Source of the DNA: Ylistrum balloti
Lineage: Eukaryota
Assembly (NCBI RefSeq): GCF_031769215.1
Contig: NW_026782032.1
Location: 434,001 to 498,000 of the forward strand
DNA: 64,000 nt
Direction: 5' to 3'
Of the stretch, positions 39,707 to 53,400 are shown in pieces. The translations under genes and the position numbers were made by a program. The first letter of the stretch is position 1. Every line of letters begins with the position of its first letter. The notes under the pieces are model-generated. The model saw nothing but the letters and a program-made list of their open reading frames with translations. It was not told the DNA's origin and made no database searches.

Positions 39707-39788
39707 TACAGTACCTATTATAGTGAGAGATCTACAGTACCTATTATAGTGAGAGATCTACAGTACCTATTATAGTGAGAGATCTACC
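39707..39788. repeat. Three perfect 26-bp units (TACAGTACCTATTATAGTGAGAGATC) in the presumed CK2alpha 3' UTR
   Basis: Read directly. Confidence 0.95.
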
Positions 39789-42109
39789 CTTTATGTTTCC
39801 ATAAAATATCACACCTGTGGTCATTCACTTACATTTATTTATTTATAAGAGATATGTATATTGTATTGTGATGTAAATCATTTTATACAAATAATCAAGA
39901 ACAATTGTGAAGAGCAAAACACTAGCGTTAAAAGTTATTTTGAGTAAAACAAATATTATTTGTATAAACTGATGTAAAACAGTATAATATATTTTCGTGA
40001 TTGTCTCAAGTAAGAATATAGCAAATCCCAGTTATACTTATACATTGTACAAGTCATTTCTGAACATCAATTTTGAATCTGTATCGGCTTCACTAATCAC
40101 TGTTTCTGTTGGATATGTAACATGGTATACACATCTGTCAACTCCAGCTCTCTTGTTCTTCACACTACAATTTCATGCTTTTTGATCAACAGTCTGAGAG
40201 ACCATTAAACTTATAAATTGGATGCGTAAGACTAATTGGTTTGTTGACACCTGACAGGTAAACACGTGTTTTGGAGGTGACAAAATACAATGTGAACAAC
40301 AGAATGAAGGTTACCAGGGTATTACTATGTATTTCCATGTCTCCCCTTGTTGCCTGTATGGCTTTGTCTGGAACAGTCTCCTCTCTGTCATGTATCACTT
40401 CATTTAGAGCAGTCTCCCCTCAGTTCCTGTGTAACTACGTCTAGAGCAAATTTTGTTCCTGTGTCATAACATTTAGAGCAACTTTGTATTCTCTGTCGCA
40501 TACAGTGCCAAATTTTGCATGTGTGGACCTCCTATGATGGTGAAGTGTTGCATATGATACTGAGGTCTCTTGTCCTACTTCATATTACTGCCCTTTGTTC
40601 ATCATGCTTTATTTTGTCTGTGTCATGTCTTTATCACCTACAATTGGCAATTTATTTTTAATTTTGGTTTTACCTTGTTTTTTTGTTTTTTTGGTTTAGC
40701 TTAGTATGACACAATTATTTATACTATGTTGGGTTTCAGGTCCAGTTCATGGAGTTATGGCCCATTGTTCACCTTGTATCACCTTTCCTCGAAAAAATCT
40801 ATATTCATTATTGCTCTCTGAAAGGCAGGTCCATCACTTTACATACTCAAACTTTAAATTTTGTGTTATATCATAGTTGTCAGGTCTGATTGTATAAAGA
40901 TTTAAGTGGTAATTACTGAAGATTGTTGTATCTGTAACCAATTCTTTTGAACAGCAGGATACTTTGGTGATTGATGACATTAAGACCAATCACATTGAGT
41001 CTGTATAGACAAGACAAGATAGATGTTTCATTGGTGTCTACTTGTTACATGTATTTGCTAATTAACTGGGTCATACTATCCTGTTGGTTCGTATCACTTG
41101 TCATATCTGCATATTTTAGCTTTGGACTGGCAACAGACCACAGTCTTGGGGGATTGTATCATAATCTCTTAATTAAATAGTGTGATGAAAGTATGATAGA
41201 AGGGCATTGACAACCTGAGATATTTATGTGATATCGTAATCTTGGGAATGAATGTGTGCTTTATATGCCAAAAAGTGATGGAAGAAAATGTGCGGTTTGT
41301 GAATTTTTTTTTAAGAAGGCTGAAACGGGATGATAATATTTAAAGTAATCTTTTCAGGTAGGTTTTTCTCTGATAGACTAAAGAGTTTACAGCCTTGCAT
41401 TGTGAATAAATATTAAAGATATTGTAATTTTTTCAAAAAAACGTAAAATTTGTTTTTGAAGTGTTGAAAAATTTGAGATGTTGTAATTTCCGAGTGACTG
41501 AATTAATACACATGTGTTTGCATTAACATCCTGTATATGAGAGTGCCAATAAATAAAAGTACAAAATATTGTTATAGGATTATGGAAGTTCAGACTTACT
41601 AGTCCTGTAATCAGTGGAATCACATTATTCCAGATCCTGTTTTCTGTGTATAGTGGGACCTTGTCCACATCGCTTAAAATGTACAAATAACAACCCAACC
41701 AGTCCAGACATAGAGGTTTTAGGCAGCACAGAACCTCAGTAGTGGTGGCTCTATAATTTACATGCTCAAAAACAACCCAGAAGTCTTGCTACAGTTTCGT
41801 GGTAGTACAGAATCTTTTCTCTATACACTAGCTTATGTGCTCAACAAACAACCCCTGAAAAAGACTTCTGTGTGTATGAAACCTCATTGGCACAGGCATT
41901 TTGCACACAATGAATTTACAGATGTTTGGCTCCCTGTAAGTCCTGTCAATGATAAGTAGCACAAATAAGTCTGGTCAACACTATACGCAGAAGACTGCCT
42001 GGTCAATGCATCATGCTAAGATTGAATCTGGTCAATACTTTGTACGGTAGAATCTGGTCAATGTTGGTACCACAAACTGCCTCAGGTCAAGGCTTTGTGT
42101 CACAAACTC

Positions 42110-42535
42110 CGTGTGATCAAGGCTTTGTATTACAGACTTGTTCAGGTCAGTAATTTGTACAACAGATTTATTCAGGTCAATACTTTGTACTACAGACCAA
42201 GTCTGGTCAGTACTTTGTACTACAGACCTAGTTTGGTCAGTACTTTGTACCATAGACCTAGTCTGGTCAGTACTGGTCAGTACTTTGTACTACAGAACTA
42301 GTCTGGTCAGTACTATGTACTACAGACCTAGTTAGGTCAATACCTTGTACCACAAATTAAGTCAGGTCATTACTTTGTACCACAGATCTAGGTTTGGTCA
42401 GTACTTTGTACCACACATCTTGTTTGGTCAGAACTTTGTACCACAGACATTGTTGGGTCAGTACTTCGTACCACAGACAGGTCAATGCTCTGTACCATAG
42501 ATTTAGGTCGGTGCTTTGTACCACTGACTGTCTGG
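42110..42535. repeat. 30-bp minisatellite (TACTTTGTACYACAGACCTAGTCTGGTCAG)
   Basis: 30-nt period at 42181 and 42211; internal dyad CAGAC-CTA-GTCTG. Confidence 0.92.
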
Positions 42536-43540
42536 TCAAAGTGGTAAAAGAACCATCTTTACCTTGTCAATTCATTGGTGCAATCTTAGAGTAGGGTATA
42601 TATAAACTTCTATAACAATTTCATTTACATTAGGATTTCATTCCTTGACCTGTCATTAACCCATCATTTGTAGCATCAAATTGCTGAAATAACATGTTTT
42701 TAACATTGTGAAAAATCCAGGTTGTCATGTGAGTGAATCAAAGAATTTCAAGTATATGATGTTGATAACATAATGATTTTTGATTAAGGTAAGGAAAACC
42801 AATACTAGAATCAATCTGGTTTTATTTAGGAATTCTAATGACTACTTTAACAATGATATCGGATATGAAAATTGTTGTTAGATTTGTTCCAAATTATTGC
42901 ATTGAATTCACATTCATAAGATGGCATAAATCATTCTAAATTCTTTGTGAAATATATTTCTGTGTTGAATGAAGTACTAAGATCCATGTTAGTATCTTTT
43001 TTCTTGGAGCTGTTAATGAACCTACCCACAAGTTGGCATTTCCAAAGTGAGTTGGTTTTCGCATACTGAAAATTTCATGATGAAGGTAGTTCTGCAAATA
43101 TACAAATGACCAAACAAAATCTTATATAGAGTAAGATATTATTGATACACCGTGTGTGTTTTATTTATAATTTTCCTCTAAATGTTGTAGAGGTGTGAGG
43201 GTGGGAGGAAATTATTACTGCAATTTAGTGTGGCCTAATTTGGAGGGAAAGATGAAAGGAAGTGGCTCAATACAACTGGTGTAAGTTTCTCTAGCATTTT
43301 TTGGTAAATTAGAGAAACATTCGTTACAGTATATTATTCATTGATCTGCAAAGAATTTTAAAAAATAAAATTCTGAAATCTAAGTTGGTTTTGTCTTTTT
43401 TTTATGAAGCATTATAACTTGTCTTTGTGATGACAGTTGTCATCATGTCTCCTTTGTAAGAGCATTGGTTGCAGAAGATACATGTTGATAGAGATTTTTA
43501 TAAAGGCCCTGCATTGAAGGTGCATGTCTGTTTTTTTTTC

Positions 43541-44603
43541 AATAGCTTACTTGGCCGGAAGGGCCAAATGAGCTGAAGGAAGACCTCGTGTCTGTTGTCT
43601 GTAAACTTTTTCTAGAAATTGCTACTAGTCATGGACGACTGACAGGATTTTGACCAAAATTGGTCAGCAGCATTCTCAGGGGAAGGGGAACTGTTTTTGT
43701 ATAAATGAGTTTTTCAAAATCCTACTCTTGTAGTAATATTTTTGGCCAAATTTGGTCTGAAAATCTTTGGGTTAAGAGGAATCAAGTTTGTATAAACGGT
43801 TGATCTCTGGGGGCCCCTTGGGATGGGAGGGGCAGGGCCCAATAGGGGAAATTGAATAAATTCTGAATATCATACTCGTCCTATAGGAATGATTGGATTT
43901 TGTCAAAATTTGGTGTGAATCATGTTTTGGTGTAAGGGAATCAATTTTGTATGAATTATGGATCTAGGCAGGGCAGGAAGTATTAGCTTAATATGGGAAA
44001 TGTGATGGAAACAGCTTAGATCCCTATCTCATAAAACCATGTATAGCATTGCTGGGCATAAAGAGATCAACACAATAGTGATGTAAGACTTGGCTCTGGG
44101 GTCCAGCCCCACCCTCAGACACCTAGTTCCTTGTTATATCTTTGAAACAGATTATACCCATCTTTAACATATAAAGCAACAGGTAAAACACAATCATGAT
44201 ATTAGAATTGGTCCTTGAGTCTGGCCCCATCCATCTGGACTTAAATTTCTGGGTGATATCTTTGACACAGTTGAAATCCCCACCCCATAATCAAGAGATA
44301 AACACATTCGTTATATAATAATTGACCGGTGGGTGTGGCACACCACTAGGGACATTATTTCTGGGTCAATATGTTTGATAAAGTTGAGATACCAACCCGA
44401 TAACCATAGAAACACTTAATTGGAATCAATAGAGAAAGACAGTCATGATATCAGGATTTACCGATTGGTCTTGTCTCATCAAAGTGGTTAAGTGACAGAG
44501 CTTTAATTTGGAAATATTTGAAATACCCAACCTTTAGGCATGAATACCATTGCTGGGCTTTAAGATCCATATGAGTGATACAGGCCCGGAATGTCTCTTG
44601 TTT
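43541..44603 (+). mobile_element. Non-autonomous Helentron-associated (HINE-like) element, about 1.06 kb, degenerate
   Basis: 5' end TAGCTTACTTGGCCGGAAGGGCCAAATGAGCT after a T-run; short GTCT/GTCC microsatellite; internal repeats (AAAATTGGTC...AGGGGAA...TTTGTATAAA); 3' end ATGAGTGATACAGGCCCGGAATGTCTCTTGTTTT. This matches the bivalve HINE layout as recalled. Confidence 0.7.
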
Positions 44604-46699
44604 TGTGTATTTTTTCAAGCACATCAATCTCAAGACCTGTTTGGGCAATAGCACTTTACTCAAGGCTTCCTCGAGTGGTAATGATTTTCATTTACTGAAT
44701 TCAAATGTCAAGGTCAGTAACTATAAATCGAAAAGCAGTTTCCGGAAAATGTCATCTGTCGCTTGGTTAAATACAGTCGGACTTTTTTATATTGCTTCCC
44801 ACAGAAAGTGCAAGCTCGCGATGGCATTTTATATTCAACTTCACCGTTGTAAAAATAGAAATGGGAATAACAGAAATCAAATTTGAAGTCGCCCAACCAC
44901 AGGTCAAGGGTGAAAGTGAATTTTTACATATTTTATAGGTAACACAGTTTCATTAAAATTGTCACCAATTTCACGTTGTTTAATTATTCAGAGCACATAT
45001 AAACAGTAATTCTTTATAAACATGGCAGTTTTCTAGTTAAAAAGTTAAAAAGTGAGAGATGAATATAATCACTGCATGGAAATTTACCGGTTTATTCATC
45101 CCAGGAGTAATATCTCCCATAGAGTGAAGGCACGTACTACAGATCAGGCTTCATCAGAGAGATCTTGGAACTAAATCTCCTGGTAAGTTTGCCGAGCCTG
45201 GACTTTCGAACCAAAAATAGAAATTAACTTATTCAGCTATTCAATAGAACATTAAGCATGTCTTGGTGTTGCTAGCCCAAGTATTCTCAGACATTTTGGT
45301 AGACAGCTTTCTGGGATGAATATCTGGTGAAGGTCAGATACAACATGAGAACCTCGGGCTACATGGTTACCGACATCGCTCAACAGAAATCGAAGTATAC
45401 TCTGTCGTGTTAACCCTCTCCTCATCCTCTATACTTCAGGGGATACGATCACTTTACCTCTCTGCACCTCTGGAACAGGTCATGGCAAAACTGAAGGCGA
45501 AAGCGATGTGGTTTTATTAGTTCCAGTAGAAAAAAAAACCCTGACCAATCACGGGCTGATACGCTCCTTTTGAAGATTACAAAGGAGCGACACCCAACTT
45601 CCAAGAAATTACAATATAATGTCACTCGACCTCGAGATTCGTTTGATGTTTGATGGGTCAAACAAGTCATTTCGTCTTATCCACAAGTTGTCGCACTTGG
45701 AACCATCACTTTTGCCATGGCATGTTCCAGGGGTGTAGAGATCGAGAGTGATCGTAACCACTTGCCAAAGGTTACACCGACATTGACTTTCCCATTTAAG
45801 ATGACCATGGCAATCAAATGTACCTGGTCATTAATATGCAAACATGTTTTTCTTTGAAACAAATATCTGAATTTATTCTTTTTTTTTCTCAATTGGTCAT
45901 AGTAAATTGTTTGTAATTTATAAAAAGTTGATGAATATGCTTATAAATACAATTTGATGCTAATTCGATTGGCATCTAAACTTCTAGAAATCTTTAATGT
46001 GAAGTTTCCTTAGGAATCGCAACGATGACATTTCGTGACCTTGAAATATGACCTTGCTCAAGAACTGGGGTAAGGAACGATTGCTATTCCACTTAGGAAG
46101 CTAACAATGTTTTATATTAAGGTTCGCTGAAATGCTGTAGCCCTGACAATATTTTAGTTTTGTTTACCTTGTGCTCTGGCCATAAGGAGGTAGGGTATTA
46201 GTATTAGTACAACGTAATCATTACCTTGTGTGTACACGTATTTTCTTCCGAAAGTGGCATTCTTAAATGAGTCGGTGATCTATACTTTTTGTACATTAAT
46301 TTGAAATTCAGTTCGCGTTCGGAACTCCGTGCAACTCAAGAAAATTTCTTTTTCAGTTCACTTCAAATCGATAAGTTATATTCCCAGGATGCTGTAAACA
46401 AGAATTTTAAGGTTTTGGACAATTCTGTAGTTGTAACAACAACTTTTAAAACCGAGGAAGCGACTGAAGAAAGTCGAGATTAGTGTAAATAAAAGTCGAA
46501 AACTAGATAAAGAAGTAAAATTGTACGGTACATCTTATAAGAATTTGATTTGTCTGTCACCTTCAGACTAACCTTGTATGGGTGGTCAGATGAGTATGAT
46601 TAGTCGGTCATTTTCACTTGTCTGTCACTGTCAATCTGATATCGTACGGCGGATCAGGTGAGGCTCTCATTCGTCACCTTTATTAGTGCCATCACAACG

Positions 46700-47170
46700 T
46701 AATATGACTGTTGATGACATCACAAGATGATATGATTGTTGATGCCATCACAAGATGATATGACTGTCGATGCCATCAAATTATTGTGTTACTATTGGTT
46801 TCATCACAATGTGATATGATTATTGGTGTCATCACTGGGCGATATGACTTAATCTCCAAATGGTTCGGTCACATCGTCCATTCATCATAGTGAAAATGTG
46901 TGTACTACTGTCTTAGTGTATTGCTCGTCAGTTAGGAGTTGTCGCATCACTTTAGGTCTCTTAACATTGACTATTGGTGTCATCACAAGGTGATATGACT
47001 GTTGATGTCATCAGAATGTGATATGATTATTGGTGTCATCACTGGGTGATATGACTTTATCTCAATCACATCGTCCATTCATTCTTTAGTGAAAACGTGT
47101 ATACTAATGTGTTGGTAATATTGCTCGTTAGTTAGGAATTGACCAATCACTTTAGGTCTCTTAACATTGA
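46700..47170. repeat. Compound repeat: 26-bp CATCACAAGRTGATATGACTGTTGATG units plus a duplicated block of about 185 bp
   Basis: About 46790-46970 recurs at about 46970-47170; both blocks end CACTTTAGGTCTCTTAACATTGA. Confidence 0.85.
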
Positions 47171-48226
47171 ATTTCATCGTGCTGTAGATTTTCATTGCAA
47201 GATAGGATTAGATATAGTATCGCTAAGCATCACACAGAATTTATGAAAATTGTACGGATCAAAATAATAGGATGTTTTCAACACTTCAATAGACTGACAA
47301 TATACTTTCAACAACCGAAGGCTTAAAAAACTAACAAAATACATTTCGAAGTCTGTGCGCCGCTCATTCTTTACAAACAAACTAAAAAAAAATCGAATCA
47401 TTTTACCTACATACATGTTCATCCGATGTTGTGATCTTAGGTATTTAAGAACAAACACAAATTTATATAAATACTAGTTTTATGTATGTAACGAATGTAA
47501 AAAGGAAGGAGGAAACAAAAACACACACCCTTCTCTGGTCATCGCCCGTAATAATATTAACAGAGGTGAAACTTAAAATGGAATTAAAGGATGGGTAAAG
47601 TTAAACATAAAAAATTTTAAATTTATCATTCAAATCGATCTATGTGGACTATATGAAATTAATGCGAAAATGTGATTCTAATGTGGCATGTAAAGCAGTC
47701 AGTCATATGTTTAATCTGACAGTAACAAATAACATAAACGATTGTTTACATATTGTAGAAAATATGTTATGGTTTGTAAACGCGAAATAAATGTGTTTTT
47801 TTTATGAAATAACTTAAAGAGTATGATCATAGTTACCGTGGTTGCTAACATGTCATCATATCCTATAAACCTATGCCCGAATCAAGAGTGTTGATTACTC
47901 TAAGATAGTATAAATCTAGTGTAAACACCATACAATGTAACATAACATAGGTACGCGAGTTAAATGTTGACATGTTATCCCTTCTACGGTTTAGGGTAGT
48001 ACTAAATCATGATACATTGTACCTAATATAGAAATGCTATATTTGACCGGAAGGACGAAGCACGACCATAACCGGATATCCATGTTTTTATGTAGCGCCA
48101 GGATGTTTTACTAAAATCATTGTAATGATCGTGAGTAAACGTAACATAATATATTTTTTCATATATGATGTATAAATATCTTATCATTTACACAGTTTGA
48201 AATAGTTTGGTTGCAAAAAGGTGCGT

Positions 48227-48252
48227 AGTGCCTTGGATACAAGCGTAGCAAC
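48227..48252. promoter_or_regulatory. RFX-like sites upstream of CFAP20
   Basis: AGTGCCTTGGATAC (48227-48240) and half-site GTAGCAAC (48245-48252), about 170-190 nt before the ATG; imperfect matches. Confidence 0.35.
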
Positions 48253-48420
48253 TATATCCATGCGCGGCCTTCTTACCGCCCTTGACAACTTGCTAAGACT
48301 AGCTACACACACTCTGTCTTTCACTTGACAACGTGAACACCGAGGGAGCAGGACCTATGATAGTCAGCGGTCCAGAAGTACTGTTTTGATACGTATTAGT
48401 GTAAATTCAAGTCTTTAAAA

Positions 48421-50456
48421 ATGTTCAAGAACACATTTCAGAGTGGCTTTTTATCAATACTATACAGTATTGGAAGTAAACCCTTACAGATTTGGGACAA
48501 AAAGGTAAGAGAATTATCTTTGTGTGAGACGACAGTTATCAGTCGATCGCCATAGTGACATGGCTGGCAACAAGTGCATCGAGTGCTTCTTACTTGATAT
48601 TTAGTCAATAAATGTTGATGATTAACTGTATTTTTACATTTAAACATTTAAATAATGATCAAAGACATGTTATATTTTGTCAAACGGCATTTTAACCAAC
48701 TTTTTATTATAAAAATGATTCGAGATATCTAAAACGGAAGTGGCTGTAACAGTTTTCATTGTGTATTACATACATATGCCAGTTTATGGCTTCGGTTAAA
48801 ATTCTTCTCCCATGTTAACTGTATTACGTATGTCACGATTAATTAACATTATTATTCTGAAGGAAATAAGACATTATACTTTAAAAATCGTATAGACATT
48901 GCGACGAAAACGATTCAACAATTGATCTGCATGTAATCACACGTGTTTACTCTATCAACAGCAATCATTGAGGTTCTGTTTAAATTTAATCGAATATTAT
49001 TTCAAATTTACCACAAGATAATGTAAAGACTTATTGTCATTATTGTTATCACAATATGTTTCTGGGGAATTAACATTTAACTGATGATGTACTCGTAATG
49101 TTACCGTTGCTATGATGTGATCCGCCATTTGCAATTTTTTTGTTTATTTCGTTTTCGACAACGAAGACAGTTTGAATTTAAATTTGCGTTATCATTGTTT
49201 TTCAGGTGCGAAATGGTCACATAAAACGTATCACAGACAACGACATCCAGTCTCTAGTTTTAGAAATTGTCGGTACAAATGTTAGGTAAGTTGTATCAAT
49301 ATCAAAACATAAAAATTGTGGAGAAGTTATCTCCCCTGTTGTTAAAGATGAAAGATAATGAGTCACTTTTCATTTTAAAAACGGTATCGCTTCGTTGTTT
49401 CTATAAACTGTTGATTAAAATTTCTTTATGAAATTATTTCATATCATTGTTTTGAAAGTATGCATGTATGATAAATTTCCATTTGCTCCTGAAATTTGTT
49501 TACTGAAGGTTTCAACTTTTAACAGCAATATATAGCATATAGACTACTGCAAAATAAATTACATTTTAGTTTTTAAATTAAGGCCAAAACATAGTTCCTG
49601 TGGATATGATGGTTGAATAGTAAATATTGATGGCATATATTTTTTCTTTTGCAGTACAACATACATCACATGTCCAGCAGATCCAAAGAAAACACTGGGT
49701 ATCAAACTCCCATTCTTGGTCATGATCATCAAAAATCTCAAGAAATATTTCACATTTGAAGTACAGGTGAGTACTTATTGCATAGGTGATGCTTGCAAAT
49801 TACTGGTGCTTAAATTCATCAGTTTTTCAATATAGTTTTTGACACATTTCAATTTCAAAAGTAAATTTCTTAAAATTGACATTTCAAGAAAGAAATTACA
49901 TATTTTTTAACTTCGTTTCCAAATATTCATTCACATGTTGCGTGTGTAATTTCAGGTTTTAGATGACAAGAATGTACGAAGGCGTTTCAGAGCAAGTAAC
50001 TACCAGAGCACAACAAGAGTGAAGCCCTTCATCTGTACTATGCCAATGAGGTTGGACGATGGCTGGAATCAGATTCAGTTCAACTTGTCAGATTTCACAA
50101 GAAGAGCTTACGGAACAAATTACATTGAAACACTTAGGGTTCAGGTGAGTTATAAACCTTTCACATTTGAATTATCAAATAAAATGGTTACTGAACCACA
50201 AAGAAATTTGAACCATAATTCAGAAATTAATTTTCTAAATCAGGCTTTTAAAATTTGACAAAAAAAAATTGTGCAAATGGAACAAAAAGTCTGAAACATG
50301 TTCACTAAGTAATTTCCTATGTTCTTGTTTTTTCAGATTCATGCAAACTGCAGGATCCGTCGTGTGTACTTCTCAGACAGACTTTATTCAGAAGATGAAT
50401 TACCTGCAGAATTCAAATTATACCTACCAGTACAATCGAAGCAACAAAATAAATAA
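48421..50456 (+). CDS. CFAP20: Cilia- and flagella-associated protein 20 (BUG22), complete, 194 aa
   Basis: Exons 48421-48504, 49206-49285, 49655-49766, 49956-50144 and 50337-50456 encode [109 protein letters not shown]...[19 protein letters not shown], near-identical to CFAP20 as recalled. Confidence 0.99.
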
Positions 50457-53400
50457 CATCATTTTGACATTAAACATTGACAATGTATATATATATGCAA
50501 CAAATTTTAAAAATGCTACTCAAGAAGAACAACAATGTGAAAAGAAATTAGGAAGAGGACATTTTTCAGGCAGTATGATCATCGGGCATGGCTCAATTAA
50601 ATTGTCATCGAGCACTAGTAATTCTGCCAGTGTTTACAGTCAAAGATATTCATTATGGAAACAGGATGGGGAAGATTGTACCATAACATAGTGCTGTCTT
50701 GTGATATCAAACCAAAAAGTGAAATGCCATGGCCATTGCTGAAGTGTTCATTTTACAATCATATCCATGTACCTGCCTGTTGTTGAGTGCTAGTTAAGGC
50801 ACTTAATAGCCATATTTAATATTTAAAACTAATGGCCATTTCTCCACAAAATGAACAAAACAATCTCAGGAATATTTTTGGCAAAACACTGCAGTTATAC
50901 AGGGGATGGCTAGCTGAATTTCGATTATGTGAACTCATGCCAGATGAAAGAAATTTTTATAAATGTTGGAATAAAGATAACTAGAAATGAATCTAGGTGT
51001 CTTGTATTCAGTTGGGGATATGTTGCAATATATACCAGATTACTTGTTAAAACTTGTTGAACGTATGTCCCAACTTATCATCACAGTAAAATCTCATTTC
51101 AGTCCGAGTCATGGTAATATTACAAATGTTACTACACACATTATGATCAATTTGTAAATACTTCCATATAGTAAATAAATTGTATATTGATGTACATACA
51201 TGCCAAATATACTTATCAGTTATATTTGTTGTTTTTCAATCACAGACTCTATTAGGGTTTTACACGATCAAGCACTTTGGTCTGATGGGGAAAAATGATA
51301 GAAATAGGCAAAGAGAGTTTTGTTGGAAACTTGATTTACACAGTGGGTGATGTGTGGTGACAAATTTGAGCACCACGAAAAAAAAAGGTTAAAAGCATGG
51401 ATGATATCCGAGTGCTTGAATTGTAATTCCCATACTAGATTCTGATTTGTAGTCAGTTAAAAGACTACTGATGAATAGAAGATCAAGAGAATTCAAAATT
51501 TCTGAGTCCCACCTAAGAATATTGGATTTCTTTGAAAAGGTTTGGATGATATGCTGCTACACCTTCAGACAACTGGTTTAAAAATGAGACTAAATTTATA
51601 CCACCATCAAACTGTTCACAGTTACAGCTTAATTCTCTTTAAAAAATTGTGTTTAGACGGGTTCCTTGAGAAGTATAGTCCAACATAACCAAGACGCAGC
51701 ATTTAGAAAGACTAGTTGACACCTCAACATATCATTAGGGATGCTGAGAGACTGGACTTGGGTTTCAACTTGGTGAATATTTTGGTTTCTTGTAAAGTAC
51801 TTGTACTTTTCCATTCAAACATGGAATAGGATTACATTGTAGAATATACATTTGAATGCACCGATTAGATGATATGAAGTTTACTTTCTTGATGTAGTTT
51901 CGAGACAAAAACTTTGACTTTGAGACGTGACTACTAAAGTTAATATTCACTTCAGATTTAGTTTAGAGACATACTGAAACGACTGCAAAATTTCAGACAA
52001 ATTTTCTGCTACCTCATTGCAAAGGGTAATTTAGGGGTAATGTCATATATGTGTATCTCCGATGCACATATTAAAAGTAGTTTCCTATGCTAATTGTAGT
52101 ACCTCTATTCATAAAACAAACGATAGTTATGGTTAACGGAAAAAAAATTCTGCTTTTACGAACAGAATATCTTGGCACACTAGCCTATTGGCGCAGCCTG
52201 CCAACATGACTTTGAAATATTGAAACCTGTGTGCAATGTATAGTATGAAATTAGGGATATACACAATGTTACTTCTGTTATTGAGTCAAAACATCTGAAA
52301 TGGTGATTAGTGTTAACTTAGCTGATATTTGGGCTTCATCTGAACTACGATGTTCTGTCGGGAAACTGAACCAGTTATGTGCATGCCAAAATTTCTCTAT
52401 CTGAAAATAGGAACCATTGATTTCATACGAAAACAAATTCCATTAAATTTTACACGTTTAAAAGAAAGAGATTTGATTGAACTTAATTTTGATATCACAG
52501 TAAACTCACAAATATTTGATGCCAGATATATAATTTAACTTTTAAATTTTTGGAATAATTTACATCACAAAAATGGACTTTAATGTTGAACACTTTGTTT
52601 TGATGAAAAACTATAACATTATATGGTGTTAAGGAATTTAACTCAATGATCCAGGAAAAGGACCAATTTACCAATCCAGGGTTGATGAAATCCAAATAAT
52701 TTTACATCTTAACTGTGACTGATTATGGCAGAGTCAGTAGATAACAGAGCAAATACAGGGATAGTTTTCGCTCCACTTACTACGATTAAGTGATGTTATA
52801 AAGCATTAGAAAGCGTCTTTGTTTTAATCTCTATTCACGTCTTTTTATAATATGTATCAAACTTTAATGATGATGTTCACTATAGGAATATGAAATGAAT
52901 TGAGAACTGTCTACTCAAAAGATATTATCTAGCTACATTTGCCTACATTTCATTCTGCCCCTAACATTAATTTAAAATGCAGGTTACGCCAATATCATTT
53001 AAATTTTTACCAGTACATAAACTGACATTAATGAAGGAATATCAAAAGTAATTAAAAAACTGAAAAAAAATCTCTTCAAAGATGAATATTGAAAATAATA
53101 AATAGAAGCATCATGCTTCGTTTAGCTGACATTCCAGGGCATAACCGCCTCATATTGTATTTACCTTTATCCTTTTGGTATTTATAACGCATATGATTGC
53201 CATCTGCAAAACTAAACGACGCTATTGATGTTACCTGGTTACGTGACTCTTGAATTCTACATATGGACTTATTAATGGGATTGCCTCTTGCTTAGCACAT
53301 TTCTGTAATCTCATACTGCATTCATTTAATCTGATTTGAGTGTGGATATTTATAGACCAGCTTTTTGATACCGGAAGGAAATTAAGAGTCACAATCGATA

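Noticed and set aside
45411-45417. TAACCCT next to the structured region, suggesting telomerase RNA; also considered 7SK, SRP and RNase P/MRP
   Set aside because: The template is only 7 nt, with no recognisable pseudoknot, CR4/5 or H/ACA end; internal TTTT tracts and missing conserved motifs argue against Pol III RNAs.
45617-45825. Cys-rich minus-strand frame GTFDCHGHLKWESQCRCNLW...
   Set aside because: Weak acceptor, no linked exons or domain, and it overlaps the inverted-repeat arm.
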